From NCBI GenBank assembly GCA_050287085.1, contig JBNKBE010000011.1:138240-202239 (forward strand): a DNA stretch of 64,000 nt. The letters are read 5' to 3'. This document shows, piece after piece, positions 60,052-64,000 of the stretch. Numbering within the stretch: position 1 is the stretch's first letter; every line of letters starts with the position of its first letter. The stretch comes from Polyangiaceae bacterium (GTDB lineage Bacteria; Myxococcota_A; Polyangia; Polyangiales; Polyangiaceae). The notes beneath the pieces are model-generated. The model worked only from the letters and a program-made list of their open reading frames with translations. It was not told the DNA's origin and made no database searches. The translations under genes and the position numbers were made by a program.

Positions 60052-60948
60052 TCACCAACCACCGTCGCTCTTCGATTTCTTCTTCTTCTTCTTTCCCTTT
60101 TTTGCCGCTGCGGCCGCGGCCTTCTGGGCTCGCTTCTCTGCTTCGGCGGCCCGCTTCTGGTCGGCGGCGACGGCGGTGACGTAGCCGCTGAACAACTGGT
60201 CGAAGGCGTCGCGGGAGGGCGGGCGCTCGCTTGCGCGCTCTACGCGTACGGTCTCACGCCGCAGTTCGCCTTCGGGGCTCAGCCACTCCAGCTTGATGGT
60301 CAGCACGTCGGACTTCTCACCTCCGCCCGGTGCCGCGGTCGCAGCCGCAGCTGTGGCTGAAGTCTGTGGGCTTGCTGTCGCCTTCGGCGCTGTCGTACCG
60401 CGGGGCGCAGCCTTGGAGCCGGGCGCAGTCGTGGAGTGAGGTGCAGCAGTAGCGTGGGGCGCCGCCGAACCCGGAGGCGAGGCACCGGGCTCGCTCGTGG
60501 CGGTCGGAGCGGGGGCGGGTATCGACGCGGGCTGAAGCCCTTGTTCGAAGCTGAGCACGTGCCACCCTTTTTCCTTCAGCTGGCTAGGCTCGAACGGCGC
60601 AAACCGCTCGAACTGCAGCCCCTTGCCGAAGCCCACCATGGTACTGGCGATGACGGCGAGCTTCTCTACCTGCTTCAGGTTGTCCTCGTTCGTCAGCGCC
60701 CAGCCCTGATCGGAGAAGCCGGAGAGCTGATAGTACAGCGTTCGCTCGTCCGTTACCGAGGCCGCGCCGCCTGCGCCTTCCGCGGGGTCTTCGTTCTTGA
60801 ACAGGTCACAGGCCGGCGCGAGCAGTTGCGCGGCGACCGCCACCGTCCCGACAAGAGCGCGGCGGCGCCACCCTCGCACTCCGGCACCCACGCGCGCGCT
60901 GCGATCCACCATGCCCGGTAGTGTTGCAACGAGGCGCCGAGCGCGCAA
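60052..60948 (-). CDS. Hypothetical lipoprotein with Pro/Ala/Thr linker and Lys-rich tail
   Basis: LAPAC lipobox-like; low-complexity middle; KKGKKKKKK tail. Confidence 0.6.
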   Translation of the reverse strand: MRARRLVATLPGMVDRSARVGAGVRGWRRRALVGTVAVAAQLLAPACDLFKNEDPAEGAGGAASVTDERTLYYQLSGFSDQGWALTNEDNLKQVEKLAVIASTMVGFGKGLQFERFAPFEPSQLKEKGWHVLSFEQGLQPASIPAPAPTATSEPGASPPGSAAPHATAAPHSTTAPGSKAAPRGTTAPKATASPQTSATAAAATAAPGGGEKSDVLTIKLEWLSPEGELRRETVRVERASERPPSRDAFDQLFSGYVTAVAADQKRAAEAEKRAQKAAAAAAKKGKKKKKKSKSDGGW

Positions 60949-60997
60949 ACCAAACTCAGGGCCGAAGTTGTGGAATTCCGGGCAATCGCGGCGCTAG

Positions 60998-61504
60998 TTG
61001 GCGGGCGACCGGCCCCCGCGCGGGACGGATCCGGCGTCCGCGTCGGGCCTCACCCGGACCGAGCTGCGCCTGCACGGTTGGACGCGCGGCCTTGCCTGGA
61101 TGTTGCTCGTCTTACCCGCTGCGGTATTCGTCCTGAGCGTCCTCGGGTCGAGCGCCTGGGGCATCGTCTTTCTTCCGCTCACGGACAGTACGACGGAGGC
61201 GACCAACCCAATGACGCGCAGCACCTGGATGGGAGTGGTGGACGGCGCCCAGTGCGGCGCGCTGACGGCGTTGGCTTGTCTGCCGCTCGGGGCCCCGCTG
61301 CTGGTAGCTTCACGCGCCCTCGCGCAGCCGCGTCGCCGCATTCCCCAATGGGCGATGGGTCTCGTCTTCGCCTGCGGCTGCGTGCCGACGTGGGTCCAGC
61401 AGGTGACCGAGGGGCTGCCGGGCTGGTTTGGACCCGTCTTCGGAGCGCCCGCGTGGTGTCTCGCCCTGGCGCTCGGATACGTCGATTGGCGGTATCGGCG
61501 CTAG
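60998..61504 (+). CDS. Hypothetical membrane protein
   Basis: Four hydrophobic segments. Confidence 0.55.
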   Translation: MAGDRPPRGTDPASASGLTRTELRLHGWTRGLAWMLLVLPAAVFVLSVLGSSAWGIVFLPLTDSTTEATNPMTRSTWMGVVDGAQCGALTALACLPLGAPLLVASRALAQPRRRIPQWAMGLVFACGCVPTWVQQVTEGLPGWFGPVFGAPAWCLALALGYVDWRYRR

Positions 61505-61688
61505 GGAGCCTTCCCGTGGAGATCCAGGTTCGGACGCACGCGATGCACGCAGACGCCGAACGCCGCCCAGCGTCGCACGCGGGCTCCAAGCCTGCGAGGC
61601 CTACGCCGTATCGGCACCTTGAAGCTCAGCGGTAACTCCACCTTGAAAGCTCTGCAGGCCTCTTTTTGGCGTAGCCACGATTGACGGC

Positions 61689-61922
61689 TTGGACATCCAG
61701 GACAACTCGTCGTTGGTCAGCGAAAACCCACAGCTGCTCAACCTCGACGGCCTGGCAAGCCTGACCACGGTGGGCAGACCAGACGAACCCACCAAGGGGT
61801 TCGTCAGCATCACCTTCAATGCGAAGCTCCCCCAGTGCACAGTTGATGCATTGGAAGCCCAATTGATGAGTTACACCTCCTTCGATTCCTTGGAAAATGA
61901 CTCGAAGGGGAGTTGTGACTGA
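61689..61922 (+). pseudogene. C-terminal remnant of a receptor-L repeat protein (paralogous to 52004-53815)
   Basis: NPQLLNLDGLASL..LPQC.VDAL..QL..Y..ND...C mirrors the paralog's C-cap. Confidence 0.7.
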
Positions 61923-61967
61923 GTCTCGAGTGTCGGTGGACGGTCAGGCCGCCCCGAGCCGCAGTCG

Positions 61968-62975
61968 TCAGGAAGAAGCTGACGCCGACACGTCTTGGCG
62001 GGCCGCCGCATGAGACGGCTCATCGCCGAGTTGCTGCGTCCCAAGACTTGGGATAAGAGCACTCAAGAAGTACTGGCGAAACCAGTACCACCACAGACTT
62101 CTTTCGCGCAGGCGTGGGTCGATCTTTTCGCGGATGAGCGCGTGGGCCGCCGGCGCCTCGCTCCAGTGGAGCGACGCATTCTCGTGGTGCACAGTGTGGA
62201 GCCCGTTGTTGAACAGTAAGAAGTTGAGAAGTTTGCCCTCGAAATTCCGGGAGTGATCGTACCGGGAGTAGGCGTTGGCGTGGACGTGCTGCTCGTAGTT
62301 GAAGAGCATGACCGTCCACAGCGCCACGAACGCCGGGAGCCCCAGGGTGAGGCCCCACAACTTCAAACCGAGTGCCGGACCGTGCGCCCAGATCGCCAGA
62401 CCGAGCAGCGTGGCCTGGCAGGAGTACACGAAGACGTACTGGCGGATGATGGCGCGGTACGCCGCGGGCCGCCGCTGCTTGGCATCACGAATGAAGCGAT
62501 TGATGGGATCGGCCTGAAAGTATGCGGAAACGAAAAAGTACGTCGCGGCCACGAAGATGTTGTGGCTGTTGGTGAAGCGCCAGGTGATCGTCGCATCGCC
62601 GGGCTTGTTCACCAGCTGGTGGTGATTGAGGTTGTGGGTTGGCACCCAGGCAAACGTTGGGTAGCCGTAAAAAATGGAGATCCAGTCTGCAAAACGCTGG
62701 TTCCAGACCTTTTCTTCGAAGACCGGGACGTGCTGGTGGTTGTGGGCGACCACGGCACTCGAAATGGCGAAGTAGAAACTGACCCAAGACAAATAGGGCA
62801 GGAGCTCTGGCCAGATGTACTGCAGGGCCACTACGCTCGGCATGAGCACAACCATCCAAAGCAAAGTGCGCCAGTCAGCTGAATTGCGGAGAGTCAGCGT
62901 TACCGTCTTTCCTGAGGCCGCGCGGGCCACGTGCTGGGTCCAAGAGTTGAACGTCCGTACCACAAATTGGGCCAT
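61968..62975 (-). CDS. Membrane fatty acid desaturase
   Basis: His boxes HNHQH, HNLNHH, HTVHH; start uncertain. Confidence 0.9.
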   Translation of the reverse strand: MAQFVVRTFNSWTQHVARAASGKTVTLTLRNSADWRTLLWMVVLMPSVVALQYIWPELLPYLSWVSFYFAISSAVVAHNHQHVPVFEEKVWNQRFADWISIFYGYPTFAWVPTHNLNHHQLVNKPGDATITWRFTNSHNIFVAATYFFVSAYFQADPINRFIRDAKQRRPAAYRAIIRQYVFVYSCQATLLGLAIWAHGPALGLKLWGLTLGLPAFVALWTVMLFNYEQHVHANAYSRYDHSRNFEGKLLNFLLFNNGLHTVHHENASLHWSEAPAAHALIREKIDPRLRERSLWWYWFRQYFLSALIPSLGTQQLGDEPSHAAARQDVSASASS

Positions 62976-63353
62976 TCCGGGCGGATTCTCGTCCCGGGGC
63001 AAGGTCGGAGGGCCCGGGACGTCCCCGCGCGGGCCAAAAAGCCCTCGACCCGTCCACCGCAAATTGGGTACTGACACGATTGTTGTTCCCGCGCGGGTCG
63101 AGCGGAACGAACTGCTGCAGCTCGTCGCTCAGAAAGAAGCTGAAGCCGTGTAGCACAAAGGCGTCTTCGACTCGCCGCGGCGCAAGCGCTGGTACCCGAG
63201 CCCGCTCGGGATCTATGCGAGACGCAACAACGCGGTGAGCAGGTGAGCTTTGGCAAAACACAACCCCGCGCCGCTCGCCACGACCTCACTGGCGCGGCAC
63301 GTCACCTCCGTGCGCCCCGCGCCTCGGCAGGTCGCGGCTCCTCCCCTCCGCAC

Positions 63354-63479
63354 AACGGGGACTTCTCGGGCTGGACCGAGAGGACCGCTGTACCCGTACC
63401 GGGTGCACACTGTGCAGCGTTGGCGCGGGCAAGATGGTGGACGCCGAGGCTCGCCGGAGCGTGGGTGTTGGCGCTCGCC
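63354..63479. repeat. ~127-bp dispersed direct repeat, copy 2
   Basis: Near-identical to 56279-56405. Confidence 0.9.
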
Positions 63480-63587
63480 GCGAACGTCGGCATCCTGCTC
63501 CGAGCGCGCGTTCGACGCCGCGAACGTAGGAGCCGCCGTCGAGTACCGGAGTAGTGGCGTGGACTGAGCACTGGTCGCATGGGAGTT

Positions 63588-63920
63588 GCCGCTCGAGTGC
63601 CGCTTACCCGCCAGTGCAGCGGAGATTTGAGCACTCGGGTGCCGCTTATGCGCCAGCGCTGTCGAGAGTGAGCCACTCGAGTGGTGTTTACTCGACAGTG
63701 GCTCGTGAAATTGAGCACTCGGGTGCCGCTTATGCGCCAGCGCTGTCGAGAGTGGACCACTCGAGTGGTGTTTACTCGACAGTGGCTCGCGAAGCCGGGC
63801 ACTGGAGTGGCGATTTGTCCTGAGTGCTGTCGAGAATTGGGCACTCCAGTGGCGCTCGGGGCGGGTAGTGTCGAATACGGGGCGTCGGAGTGGCGTTTAC
63901 TCGGCAGTGGCGGCGTGAAC
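63588..63920. repeat. Degenerate ~42-bp tandem array (~8 units) with CACTCGAGTG-type palindromic core; includes a near-exact 84-bp duplication
   Basis: 63627-63710 approximately equals 63711-63794; core recurs every ~42 bp. Confidence 0.85.
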
Positions 63921-64000
63921 CAGCGTTCTGGTGTTTGAAGAATCCAACGAAGGCCTACGGCCCTCGCGGAGCGAGGGAGCGGCGCAGCCGCAGTGAATCC

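Overview
High-GC bacterial window, most likely from a myxobacterium (Myxococcota, Polyangiales/Sorangiineae). This is inferred from MYXO-CTERM-like tails, several ECF/anti-sigma modules, a DUF4423-like gene and many lipoproteins. Positions ~1-37,050 look like core chromosome: plsC-like, PhaR-like/ECF/ZAS operon, ggt, gshB, glgP, a second ECF module, LysR/DoxX, rplU-rpmA, mutL-miaA, an S8 protease, a TlpA-like redoxin and a c-type cytochrome. At 37,052-37,441 an ORF-free, structured, strongly strand-skewed stretch sits under a near-consensus sigma54 promoter and is a candidate undescribed CUU-repeat ncRNA. A tRNA-Arg(ACG) at 37,812-37,885 begins an accessory island. An open frame runs through the tRNA 3' part (possible split-integrase tail) and couples to an HUH rolling-circle Rep. 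Next come an apparently intact MqsR-MqsA-SecB toxin-antitoxin-chaperone operon with its own operator and a truncated type I HsdR. The rest is a mosaic of IS91, IS66, IS110, IS3 and IS4 debris, a secreted-protease cassette, DUF559 modules, a nucleotidyltransferase pair, an Hsp70-family gene, a desaturase and a degenerate 42-bp palindromic array. All calls are by eye from motifs; no database searches were run.
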